A stretch of 64,000 nucleotides of DNA from an uncultured Candidatus Saccharibacteria bacterium (GTDB taxonomy: Bacteria > Patescibacteriota > Saccharimonadia > Saccharimonadales > UBA4665). A model generated the notes under the pieces. It was not told where the DNA came from. It was given only the letters and a program-made list of their open reading frames with translations, and ran no database searches. The stretch lies in assembly GCA_964552555.1 (NCBI GenBank), contig CAZKGK010000001.1, positions 78,851-142,850 of the forward strand. The letters run 5' to 3'. Positions 56,932 through 64,000 of this stretch are shown in pieces (position 1 is the stretch's first letter; each line of letters begins with the position of its first letter). Position numbers and translations under genes: made by a program.

Positions 56932-58123
56932 GGTCTGTCCTTCCATTAGCTGCATCTGATTGTCGTGGAACGCTGTACAAAGTATAGCGCGAAAGATTAA
57001 AAAGCAAGCCCACTGCTGCCATTACGAATAACACGCTCGTCCCTCCGTAGCTGATAAATGGTAGCGTAATCCCCTTTAACGGCAGAACACCCAACATGGC
57101 ACCCACGTTGATGAGCGTTTGCACTGTCAGCCACGTAAATATCCCCGTTGCCAGAAGACGAGTGAAGTCGTCAGGCGCCAGCTCCATAACCCGCTTGATG
57201 CGAGCAAAAAATCCCAATAACAGACCAAGCAAAACACTCACTCCAATAAAACCAAACTTTTCAGCGAAGATAGCAAAAATAGAGTCATTCTCCGCCTCCG
57301 GCAGATAACCAAATGCCTGCACGCTCTTCCCTAACCCAAGACCGATCAACCCACCAGAGCCAACAGCGATTAAGGCTTGGCATGCCTGATAACTCGTCGT
57401 CAAACAATTCGCCTCAGGGTTAAGAAATGAAGTAAGACGTGCACGTCGATACGGCGTAGTTGAGATTGCCAGTATCGTACCAATAACAATGATGCCACCG
57501 AAAAGCAAAATACGCTTCATAGGCATCCCTGCAACAAACACCATGGCAGCCATCATGGCGACTATAACGCCCGTAGAGCCAAGATCACTCTGCACGCCGG
57601 CTACCACGCCCCCAATAACCAATAAAGCGATTAACAACGGCTTAAGAGTCTGCTTCACATTAGTGATAGTCCCCTCCCCAATTCGTTGCGCCAGGAATGA
57701 AGACATGGCAATCAGCAAGGCAAACTTTAGTAGCTCGACTGACTGGAACGACAATCCTCCAACACGAATCCACCTATGCGCAGGATATTGCACATTCACG
57801 GGCAACAGCAATGCAAAGAGCGTCATGGCAGCAGCGAAACCGAGCAATGGGATGCCTGCTTTACGCCACATTTCTATAGGAACGCGTGAGGTAATCGCAA
57901 AAATAATAAGCCCCAGGCTAATGGCAAGCAGCTGTCTGGTGACAAAAAAACTACCATTAACATGCTTCTCGACGGCAAGTCCCGGGCTAATGGCATACAC
58001 CACGATTAAACCGATAGCAAGCAGCATGGCCGCGAGCATAAGCAACCAATAATCGGGCTTGTGCCGTCTGGCACCTTCAGGGCGTACGATGGAAGACGGA
58101 CTGCGGCGCGTTACCGCCCCCAT
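56864..58123 (-). CDS. ftsW: SEDS peptidoglycan glycosyltransferase FtsW
   Basis: HRWIRVGGLSFQSVELLK, QSDLG, YQACQALIAVGSGG, LPEAENDSIFAI and LPFISYGGTS. Confidence 0.95.
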   Translation of the reverse strand: MGAVTRRSPSSIVRPEGARRHKPDYWLLMLAAMLLAIGLIVVYAISPGLAVEKHVNGSFFVTRQLLAISLGLIIFAITSRVPIEMWRKAGIPLLGFAAAMTLFALLLPVNVQYPAHRWIRVGGLSFQSVELLKFALLIAMSSFLAQRIGEGTITNVKQTLKPLLIALLVIGGVVAGVQSDLGSTGVIVAMMAAMVFVAGMPMKRILLFGGIIVIGTILAISTTPYRRARLTSFLNPEANCLTTSYQACQALIAVGSGGLIGLGLGKSVQAFGYLPEAENDSIFAIFAEKFGFIGVSVLLGLLLGFFARIKRVMELAPDDFTRLLATGIFTWLTVQTLINVGAMLGVLPLKGITLPFISYGGTSVLFVMAAVGLLFNLSRYTLYSVPRQSDAANGRTDHENSGDRRRVRGAYHPGASSRA

Positions 58124-59170
58124 CTACACGTATCTCCCTATGAGGAAAATTGTCAGACCTAATACGGCAGCGACTTGACCGATAACCCAAAAACGCATTG
58201 TCACCTTTGTCTCAGGCCAGCCCAAGGCTTCAAAGTGATGATGAATCGGAGCAATCTTAAAGACCTTTTTACCATGACGTAACTTCTTGGAAGCAATCTG
58301 AATCGCACTGGAACCCGCCTCAGCTACAAAGACGATACCAATAATCGGCAACAGCAATACCGTGTCGGTGATCATAGCGACCACGCCGAGGGCCGTTCCC
58401 AATGCAAATGAGCCAATATCGCCCATGAAGAAACGTGCCGGGAAAATATTGAACCATGTGTAGCTCAATAATGCGCCCACCATCGTCAAACAAAAACCAG
58501 CAACAGCGAAACGACCTTCGAGCATAGCGATTACCGCGTAGGCGCCAAAGGCCGTAGAAGTTAACCCTCCGGCCAATCCATCCTCCCCATCGCTGATATT
58601 AACGGCGTTAGCCATTGATACAACAACTGCAATAAATAGAGGAACGATCCACCAACCAATATGTAATTGACTGTGCATCAACGGAATATGGATACTCGTA
58701 ACATCCAGCTTAAAGTAAAAATAAAAACCGCCAATTGTTGCCACTACCGTGGTCAGCAACAGCTTAATTTTAGTTCGCAAGCCAGCAACCCCTGTACCGT
58801 CGCCACGAATATTAATGACATCATCCAGCAAGCCTACGCAAGCAGCGCCGACAAAAGCAGCCAATGGCAGCCAAGTCTGCGAACGGCTCAAGTTGAATAT
58901 CAATGTTACAAATGTTACTGCGGCCACAAAGATAAGACCGGCCATCGTAGGGATTAGTCGCTTATGTTTTGCTCCATGTAACTTCATAAATACGGTTGCT
59001 TTTTCACCCGTCGTAGCTGCGGTACGTGGCTTTTTCCACCACTGCCACTTATACGCCATCGTAGTGTATACCGGCGTAATGAGCATACTCACCAAAAACC
59101 CGAGGAAACCAAGTAACAATACGCGAATGAGTGTGTCGGTTTGAACCGATATAACGAACGTTGTGTGCAT
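58124..59170 (-). CDS. mraY: Phospho-N-acetylmuramoyl-pentapeptide transferase
   Basis: PTMAG, GLLDD, NAVNISDGEDGLA, FMGDIGS and APIHHHFE. Confidence 0.97.
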   Translation of the reverse strand: MHTTFVISVQTDTLIRVLLLGFLGFLVSMLITPVYTTMAYKWQWWKKPRTAATTGEKATVFMKLHGAKHKRLIPTMAGLIFVAAVTFVTLIFNLSRSQTWLPLAAFVGAACVGLLDDVINIRGDGTGVAGLRTKIKLLLTTVVATIGGFYFYFKLDVTSIHIPLMHSQLHIGWWIVPLFIAVVVSMANAVNISDGEDGLAGGLTSTAFGAYAVIAMLEGRFAVAGFCLTMVGALLSYTWFNIFPARFFMGDIGSFALGTALGVVAMITDTVLLLPIIGIVFVAEAGSSAIQIASKKLRHGKKVFKIAPIHHHFEALGWPETKVTMRFWVIGQVAAVLGLTIFLIGRYV

Positions 59171-59200
59171 GAGATCCGTGTATCCTTTTAGTTACCTGGT

Positions 59201-59209
59201 ATTATATCA
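59201..59209 (-). promoter_or_regulatory. Extended -10 TGaTATAAT, possible internal promoter for mraY-ftsW-murG-ftsQ
   Basis: Located in the 41-nt ftsI-mraY gap. Confidence 0.5.
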
Positions 59210-59211
59210 CT

Positions 59212-60984
59212 TCAATGTGTCTTCGGCGTGACGCCAAAATTATCGATTAACATGTGAGCAAGCGAAGTAAAAATTGGCTGGGCGGCGGCAGTGCCAGCAT
59301 AGCCTCCATTGTGTGGTTGGATGGCAGTTACCATCACAACATACTGAGGCGTGTCCCCGCCGACAAAACCTATATACGTACCGTTAAATTCGTGGTCGTA
59401 GTAACCACCGCCCGGCTTCGCAATCTGTGCCGTACCCGTCTTACCTCCGACCATATACTGACTCTGATTAAACGGTGGTGAAATAAAGTGGTGCTGTACT
59501 ACGTACTCCAGCATGGTAATCATTTCTTGACTCACCTGCGGTGAAACTGTGTTCTTCTCTATCGGATTAGGTTTATTGTGAGTCATTGTACCGTCGGCCT
59601 TGATCGTCTCATCGATCAGTGTAGGCTGATAGTAAGTTCCTCCGTTAATCATCGCCGAAAACGCAGCAGCCATTTGGATTGGAGTGACAGTCATTCCCTG
59701 TCCAAATGTCGTATTTGCATATGTTAAGTCCCGAGCATAACCATCATTAGGATCTGGAATCGTTCCTGGCGCCTCGTAGCCCTGCTCAATGCCCGTTGCT
59801 CGGCCAAAGCGATAATGATTCACCATATAGTTATGCCACGCCTCACGGCCCTTCTGCGTGATCTGCGTACCTCCCGGATTGCTCATCTGCATTAATTCCC
59901 ACGTAGCGCCGGTATTTAGCGAAAGGTTGAGCAAGTCAGCGACACTTTTTACACCCGCCCCGCCATCTTCTTCAATATTCGTAATTGTAAAGTCATCCAC
60001 TACCCAATGCGCGGGATCATTGTATGTCTGATTCGCTTTAATAGCACCTTGATCAAGCGCTGCTGCTGTGGTTAAACCTTTCATTATCGACCCGACTTCA
60101 ATGGGCGAGCTAACGCTCGCATTATTGAAAGCGTTTGGGTCACTCACATTCCCATAATTACCCGGGTCATATGTTGGCCAGTTGGCCATAGCCTTGATCG
60201 CTCCGGTGCTCGGATCCATAATAATCGCGCTGCCAGATCCAGACTTGGCAGTCTGAAGACCTTTTTGCAGAATAGTTTCAAGCTGCTTCTGCATAGCCAT
60301 ATTAACGGTCAGCACCATGTTATCTCCGTTTACGGGTGCGTCTTCTATATTCTTCGTATCTGCTGCAAGTGGGACGCCGTTAATATCAGTTACGGCCTTC
60401 AGCCGCCCTGCCTTACCCGACAATTCTTTATTTAACGCCTGCTCGAGTCCATACACACCTTTGCCATCGTTGTTTACGAAGCCCAGAAGCTGCGAAGCCA
60501 ATGAGCCATTTGGATAGGTACGTGAGGTGGTCGCTTGAGCACCGATGCCGGGGTATTTATGCTTCAAAATGGCAGTCTTTATCTCGGGCGCAACTTTTTT
60601 TCCGAGTATTACATAACGTGTATTTGGCGTTTTTAGTTGCTTCTGGTAATTTTCAGCGCTACCACCTAGATTTGCAGCCAAGGCGTCAGCCACCTTACCC
60701 GCATCTTTGACGAGGCTAGGATCAGCATACACCGTATACAGCATCTGATTGAGTACGATTGGCACGACACCATCCCCGTTATGCGCCTCGATAAGTCCGC
60801 GAGTTGAAGGAATCTCATATTCTTTGAGTTGGTCAGCCTGTGCTGCTTTGCGGTAATAATCATGCCGAATAACCTGCAGATAAAATGCGCGTACTAAAAA
60901 AATACCGATAACACATGCTATCAGTGTATAAAAAATTCGCACCCGCCGAACCGCTTGGCTAGACCCCTGCTGCATACCGGTCAT
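59212..60984 (-). CDS. ftsI: Class B penicillin-binding protein (FtsI/PBP2B)
   Basis: N-terminal TM; RTYPNG; SxxK (GSIMK), SxN (SLN) and KTG (GKTGTAQ). Confidence 0.93.
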   Translation of the reverse strand: MTGMQQGSSQAVRRVRIFYTLIACVIGIFLVRAFYLQVIRHDYYRKAAQADQLKEYEIPSTRGLIEAHNGDGVVPIVLNQMLYTVYADPSLVKDAGKVADALAANLGGSAENYQKQLKTPNTRYVILGKKVAPEIKTAILKHKYPGIGAQATTSRTYPNGSLASQLLGFVNNDGKGVYGLEQALNKELSGKAGRLKAVTDINGVPLAADTKNIEDAPVNGDNMVLTVNMAMQKQLETILQKGLQTAKSGSGSAIIMDPSTGAIKAMANWPTYDPGNYGNVSDPNAFNNASVSSPIEVGSIMKGLTTAAALDQGAIKANQTYNDPAHWVVDDFTITNIEEDGGAGVKSVADLLNLSLNTGATWELMQMSNPGGTQITQKGREAWHNYMVNHYRFGRATGIEQGYEAPGTIPDPNDGYARDLTYANTTFGQGMTVTPIQMAAAFSAMINGGTYYQPTLIDETIKADGTMTHNKPNPIEKNTVSPQVSQEMITMLEYVVQHHFISPPFNQSQYMVGGKTGTAQIAKPGGGYYDHEFNGTYIGFVGGDTPQYVVMVTAIQPHNGGYAGTAAAQPIFTSLAHMLIDNFGVTPKTH

Positions 60985-60993
60985 TATAGACTA

Positions 60994-61341
60994 CTATTGA
61001 ACCGTTGCCGAAGGCGCAACAGATACCAAGGCTTTTGCCTGATCACTGCCTTGAACTCGATCGACACCTTGTGCGCGAGCCGCAGCCACCTCGAGATCCT
61101 CGTGCTGCGAGTTCAATTGCGCTTGTTGCTGTTGCAAGCTATTAATCGTATACCCATATGCATTTGTTTTTGTTACCTGTGCTAAGTAGAACAGGCCCAA
61201 TAGGCATGCGAGTACGATAAGAATAATGGTATTACTCACTGGCCCCAACGCTCGTGTTTGGGTACGGAATGCTACACCATTTTGATTGCGGCCTGCAAAG
61301 GCACTTTTACGCCCTACGGCGATAGAACTTGAATATGTCAT
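60994..61341 (-). CDS. FtsL-like bitopic coiled-coil protein
   Basis: One TM followed by a heptad coiled coil; position between rsmH and ftsI. Confidence 0.7.
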   Translation of the reverse strand: MTYSSSIAVGRKSAFAGRNQNGVAFRTQTRALGPVSNTIILIVLACLLGLFYLAQVTKTNAYGYTINSLQQQQAQLNSQHEDLEVAAARAQGVDRVQGSDQAKALVSVAPSATVQ

Positions 61342-61380
61342 ATTTTTGTTTTTGTTTTTCTAAGTTTTAATTGAGGACCC

Positions 61381-61408
61381 GTGACTGGCGGTTTTACCCG
61401 CCAGTCAC
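61381..61408. repeat. Perfect 11-bp GC-rich hairpin
   Basis: GTGACTGGCGG-ttttac-CCGCCAGTCAC; no U tract on the sense (minus) strand. Confidence 0.85.
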
Positions 61409-61416
61409 AACGGCTA

Positions 61417-61506
61417 CTAGTCGTCCATGCTGTCTAGTTCGGCGTGCCGAACTGTAACATGAATTTTTGTAGCACGGGGGCTTAAGTCTTTTACCACTAC
61501 AGGCAT
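61417..61506 (-). CDS. Candidate small ORF (29 aa) between rsmH and the ftsL-like gene
   Basis: MPVVVKDLSPRATKIHVTVRHAELDSMDD followed by TAG TAG; purine-rich leader (AAAGGGGAA). Confidence 0.35.
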   Translation of the reverse strand: MPVVVKDLSPRATKIHVTVRHAELDSMDD

Positions 61507-61531
61507 GAGCTTATTCCCCTTTCTTTTTTTG

Positions 61532-62440
61532 TTATTTTTGTTTCGCTGCGGCGCGGAGTTTTGCACTCCTTGCACGCGGATTAAAAACTATTTCATGCTC
61601 GTCGCCGGATACTGGATGCTTGGTCAGTAAAGTTAAAATTGCATCGTACCTGTCGCCTGTCACTTCCTGAAATGCCTGTTTAACCAATCGGTCTTCAAGG
61701 CTGTGGAAGCTAATGACAGCTATCCGTCCACCTGGCGCTAAGAGTTGCTCGATCCAAATCGGCAAACTCAGGCGCAGGAGCTCCAGCTCATTGTTCACCG
61801 CGACGCGAAGCGCTTGAAACGTTCGCGTCGCAGGATGAACTTTGCTGTGCCCTGGCCAGGCTTTGGCAACGAGAGTGGCGAGTTCATGCGTAGACTCTAT
61901 GGGGCGCTCCCGCACTATGAGTGTCGCAATTGCCCGAGCTTTTGGCTCCTCTCCATACGTTTTGAATATTCTCACTAGTTCTTCCTGCGAATAGCTATTG
62001 ATCACCATTTCTGCAGTTAGTTCTTGCGTTGTATCCATGCGCATGTCGAGCGGACCATCTTTTTGGATGGAAAACCCACGACTCGCCTGATTAAGGTGCG
62101 GTGATGAAACGCCCAAGTCGGCCAATATAAGGTCAAACTGTTTCCCGTCTGCTGCAAGCTTTTGGCTTGCCGAGAGAAAATCTTTTTGGATTATCTCTAC
62201 ACCCTTCTTATTAAATCGCTCCTGTAGGCTTTTTACGGCTGCCGGGTCACGGTCTACTAAGATGGCTGCTTCTGGATTTTTTGTCATTTCGATAATTGCA
62301 CTCGCATGGCCACCGTATCCTCCTGTTAGGTCGAGGTAGCGGTCCCCTTCCCTTGGGTCTAAATACTGTAGCGTTTGCTTGAGCAATACCGGAATGTGTT
62401 CGTCTTGTAGTTGGTTTTCTTGGTGCATCCTTGCATACAA
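61532..62440 (-). CDS. rsmH: 16S rRNA m4C1402 methyltransferase RsmH
   Basis: HIPVLL, DLTGGYGGH, DLGVSSPHL...RGFS, PLDMRMD, TRTFQALR, ISFHSLEDRLVK and NPRARSAKLR. Confidence 0.97.
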   Translation of the reverse strand: MYARMHQENQLQDEHIPVLLKQTLQYLDPREGDRYLDLTGGYGGHASAIIEMTKNPEAAILVDRDPAAVKSLQERFNKKGVEIIQKDFLSASQKLAADGKQFDLILADLGVSSPHLNQASRGFSIQKDGPLDMRMDTTQELTAEMVINSYSQEELVRIFKTYGEEPKARAIATLIVRERPIESTHELATLVAKAWPGHSKVHPATRTFQALRVAVNNELELLRLSLPIWIEQLLAPGGRIAVISFHSLEDRLVKQAFQEVTGDRYDAILTLLTKHPVSGDEHEIVFNPRARSAKLRAAAKQK

Positions 62441-62477
62441 TCTACCACTTTTTTGTTTTGGTTTTTTGTTTTTTGCA

Positions 62478-62715
62478 AGATCACCTAATCAGCAGTCAAC
62501 TTTTTGTTTTGTACGTTTTTGTTTTTGTTGGTGATCAAACACTTGGTATGTATGGGAAGTTATTGAGGTAACTTCCTGACTTCGGTGTCTGATCAAAAGT
62601 TTGAGAGACTTATGTGTGAGGTGGAGTTTTGGGAGGTGTTCGTTAGAACAAAGGTGCAAAGGTTTTTAGAAAGTGGTGCCTTATGGCCACTTGCTGACTG
62701 CCGAATAGCTGATCT
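62478..62715 (-). ncRNA. Candidate structured cis-RNA element in the mraZ-rsmH spacer
   Basis: A 23-position closing helix (21 pairs) encloses nested 11-bp and 8-bp helices; the G-U pairs all fit the sense strand. Confidence 0.6.
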
Positions 62716-62774
62716 CGAGTTCGTGATTTTTCTTGCTCTGCCAAATTGTTAATGTGCCGTAGTACCCTGCTCAT
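62643..62774 (-). CDS. Candidate small ORF (43 aa) immediately after mraZ
   Basis: MSRVLRHINNLAEQEKSRTRDQLFGSQQVAIRHHFLKTFAPLF; the ATG is 5 nt after the mraZ stop. Confidence 0.35.
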   Translation of the reverse strand: MSRVLRHINNLAEQEKSRTRDQLFGSQQVAIRHHFLKTFAPLF

Positions 62775-62779
62775 GTTGT

Positions 62780-63142
62780 CTAACTGCCAGCCATAAGCCT
62801 CCAGTACTTGCCAACCCGCACCGCCACAACTTCCTTCTCGATCCCAGCATAGTCCAACAAGTGTTGCTCTAAGGTGATGCGACCCTGTTTGTCGTCAATC
62901 TCCCCATCGCTCTTCCCCATTCGGAATTGGACATTCAGATCAGCCGTGTGCTCATCCAGGATATTTCCCTTCAAGAGAGGCTCAACGTCGTCGTCCCATA
63001 CCGCCTTGGGGTACAAGTGCAGGTACTTCTGGAACCCTCGGGTAATGATCACTCCGCCTGCAAACTCCGCACGTAATTCGGTCGGTATTGTTAACCGCCG
63101 CTTGTCGTCGAGTTTACGCTGAAAGTAATCTACCGTGGCCAT
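62780..63142 (-). CDS. mraZ: Division/cell-wall cluster transcriptional repressor MraZ
   Basis: YFQRKLDDKRRLTIPTELR, ITRGFQKYLHLYP, IDDKQGRITL and LLDYAGI. The start is taken at ATG 63142, not GTG 63211. Confidence 0.92.
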   Translation of the reverse strand: MATVDYFQRKLDDKRRLTIPTELRAEFAGGVIITRGFQKYLHLYPKAVWDDDVEPLLKGNILDEHTADLNVQFRMGKSDGEIDDKQGRITLEQHLLDYAGIEKEVVAVRVGKYWRLMAGS

Positions 63143-63204
63143 TGATACTTTCGTTAATTTACTAGTGGTGTTTTTTGTTTTTGCTTGGGTAGTCTTTTTT
63201 GGCT

Positions 63205-63258
63205 TACCCACGATTACCCACTCAGCTGATAATACTACCCACCACTACCCACATACAA
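63205..63258 (-). promoter_or_regulatory. mraZ promoter with four GTGGGTA MraZ boxes
   Basis: TACCCAC (plus strand) at 63205, 63215, 63236 and 63246 (spacing 10/21/10); -35 TTGTAT, 18-nt spacer, -10 TATTAT. Confidence 0.75.
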
Positions 63259-63295
63259 GTAGTTTTTATTAAAATGTGGGTGTTTGCTACAGCAC

Positions 63296-63333
63296 TTATC
63301 CACAGTTTTGCAGCGTAAAGCCACTTATCCACA
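63296..63333 (+). promoter_or_regulatory. Two perfect DnaA boxes (TTATCCACA) upstream of mraZ
   Basis: Exact matches at 63296-63304 and 63325-63333, same orientation. Confidence 0.75.
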
Positions 63334-63369
63334 ACATGTGGTGGTTCAACATAATTTACAGGCGCTAGA

Positions 63370-63633
63370 CTATTTTCCGGACATTGTTGGTAGCTTCGCG
63401 GCAATCTCAAAACTTATCGGTACTCTTGTTGTTTCTTCTCGCATATACTGCCCTACCATACCGAACCCCTGGGCATAGGCCTGGCGAACAAGGCCGATGA
63501 CCCGAGCATCGGTTTTTATCATGGCAATCGCCATTAGAGCCAACACGAGGCCCACACAATACTGTTTGCGAAAGAAGTACTCCATATGGAGATGGAATGG
63601 TCGATTGGCATGATTTTTATTTTTTGTTTTCAT
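63370..63633 (-). CDS. Small hypothetical membrane protein upstream of mraZ
   Basis: Start taken at ATG 63633 (MKTKNKNH...) behind promoter TTGACA(63675-63670)-17-TATTGT; one TM segment. Confidence 0.65.
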   Translation of the reverse strand: MKTKNKNHANRPFHLHMEYFFRKQYCVGLVLALMAIAMIKTDARVIGLVRQAYAQGFGMVGQYMREETTRVPISFEIAAKLPTMSGK

Positions 63634-63703
63634 GATGTACAAACATACAATAACAAAACATAAGCATTTTGTCAATTATATGACGTACTACTTTGTTGCA
63701 TAT

Positions 63704-64000
63704 CTACACCTGTGCTGCCTGCGCCCAATCAGAAGGCGTCTGGCCTTCGTGAATTAATAGCTCAGTTTTCCAAGTGCGCTTATGTACAAGCTTAGCACTG
63801 GTCACTCCGCGCATTTGCACATATGGGGTGCCAAAATTGGCATCATACTTATCGAGCAGGTCGGCAAAAACAATAAGCCCCTTATCAATCGATGTATACT
63901 CCTGCGCAAATCGCACTCGCTCCCCACGCCTGTTTATGTTGCCCATAGTAATGATGCCTTCTTCTACTAGTCGCTTCGCATGAGGGTTGTTCTCCGCGAA
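63704..64000 (-). CDS. Hypothetical protein, 3' part only (runs off window end)
   Basis: Frame is open from 64000: FAENNPHAKRLVEEGIITMGNINRRGERV...AAQV. Confidence 0.6.
   Translation of the reverse strand, partial: FAENNPHAKRLVEEGIITMGNINRRGERVRFAQEYTSIDKGLIVFADLLDKYDANFGTPYVQMRGVTSAKLVHKRTWKTELLIHEGQTPSDWAQAAQV

Noticed and set aside
63143-63211. N-terminal extension of MraZ from GTG 63211
   Set aside because: The GTG lies in an MraZ box and the K/T-rich extension simply reflects the A-rich leader. Similar upstream extensions were trimmed for nnrD, gltX, umuC, the YvcK-like gene and murG.
63296-63333. oriC at the DnaA boxes
   Set aside because: Only two boxes, no dnaA/dnaN nearby, no clear DUE and no skew inversion; better explained as promoter regulation.
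1-64000. CRISPR array, rRNA, IS/transposase
   Set aside because: No regularly spaced repeat-spacer array, rRNA signature or transposase motif was seen.

Overview
A 64-kb bacterial chromosomal window, most likely from Candidatus Saccharibacteria (TM7, Patescibacteria/CPR). This is an inference from the compact gene set: a trimmed dcw operon (mraZ-rsmH-ftsL-like-ftsI-mraY-ftsW-murG-ftsQ-like), topA followed by a sigma-region-4/HTH protein, a sortase, PEGA and DUF3048 proteins, and many orphan ORFs. Housekeeping genes include gltX, der, pth, topA, a pseudouridine synthase, pip, a degenerate nnrD, tRNA-Leu(CAA) and tRNA-Glu(CTC). There are two histidine kinase/response regulator pairs. An accessory stretch (about 13.3-38.9 kb) carries umuDC, a TylF-type methyltransferase, a WhiB-like/sigma4-like multidomain protein, a ricin-GH16 glycoside hydrolase, an SF1 helicase-DUF559 nuclease fusion, a tail-fibre-like gene pair and a MazF-type toxin-antitoxin module. 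No rRNA, CRISPR array, integrase or transposase was seen. The strongest unexplained signals are: (1) a roughly 430-nt, heavily base-paired, ORF-free transcription unit at 46.6-47.0 kb with its own consensus promoter, terminator and a possible pseudoknot; (2) a nested RNA structure plus two small ORFs inside the dcw operon; (3) the WhiB-like/sigma4-like fusion protein; (4) -10 boxes 6-9 nt upstream of many start codons, which suggests widespread leaderless mRNAs. All calls are from motif inspection only; no database searches were run.
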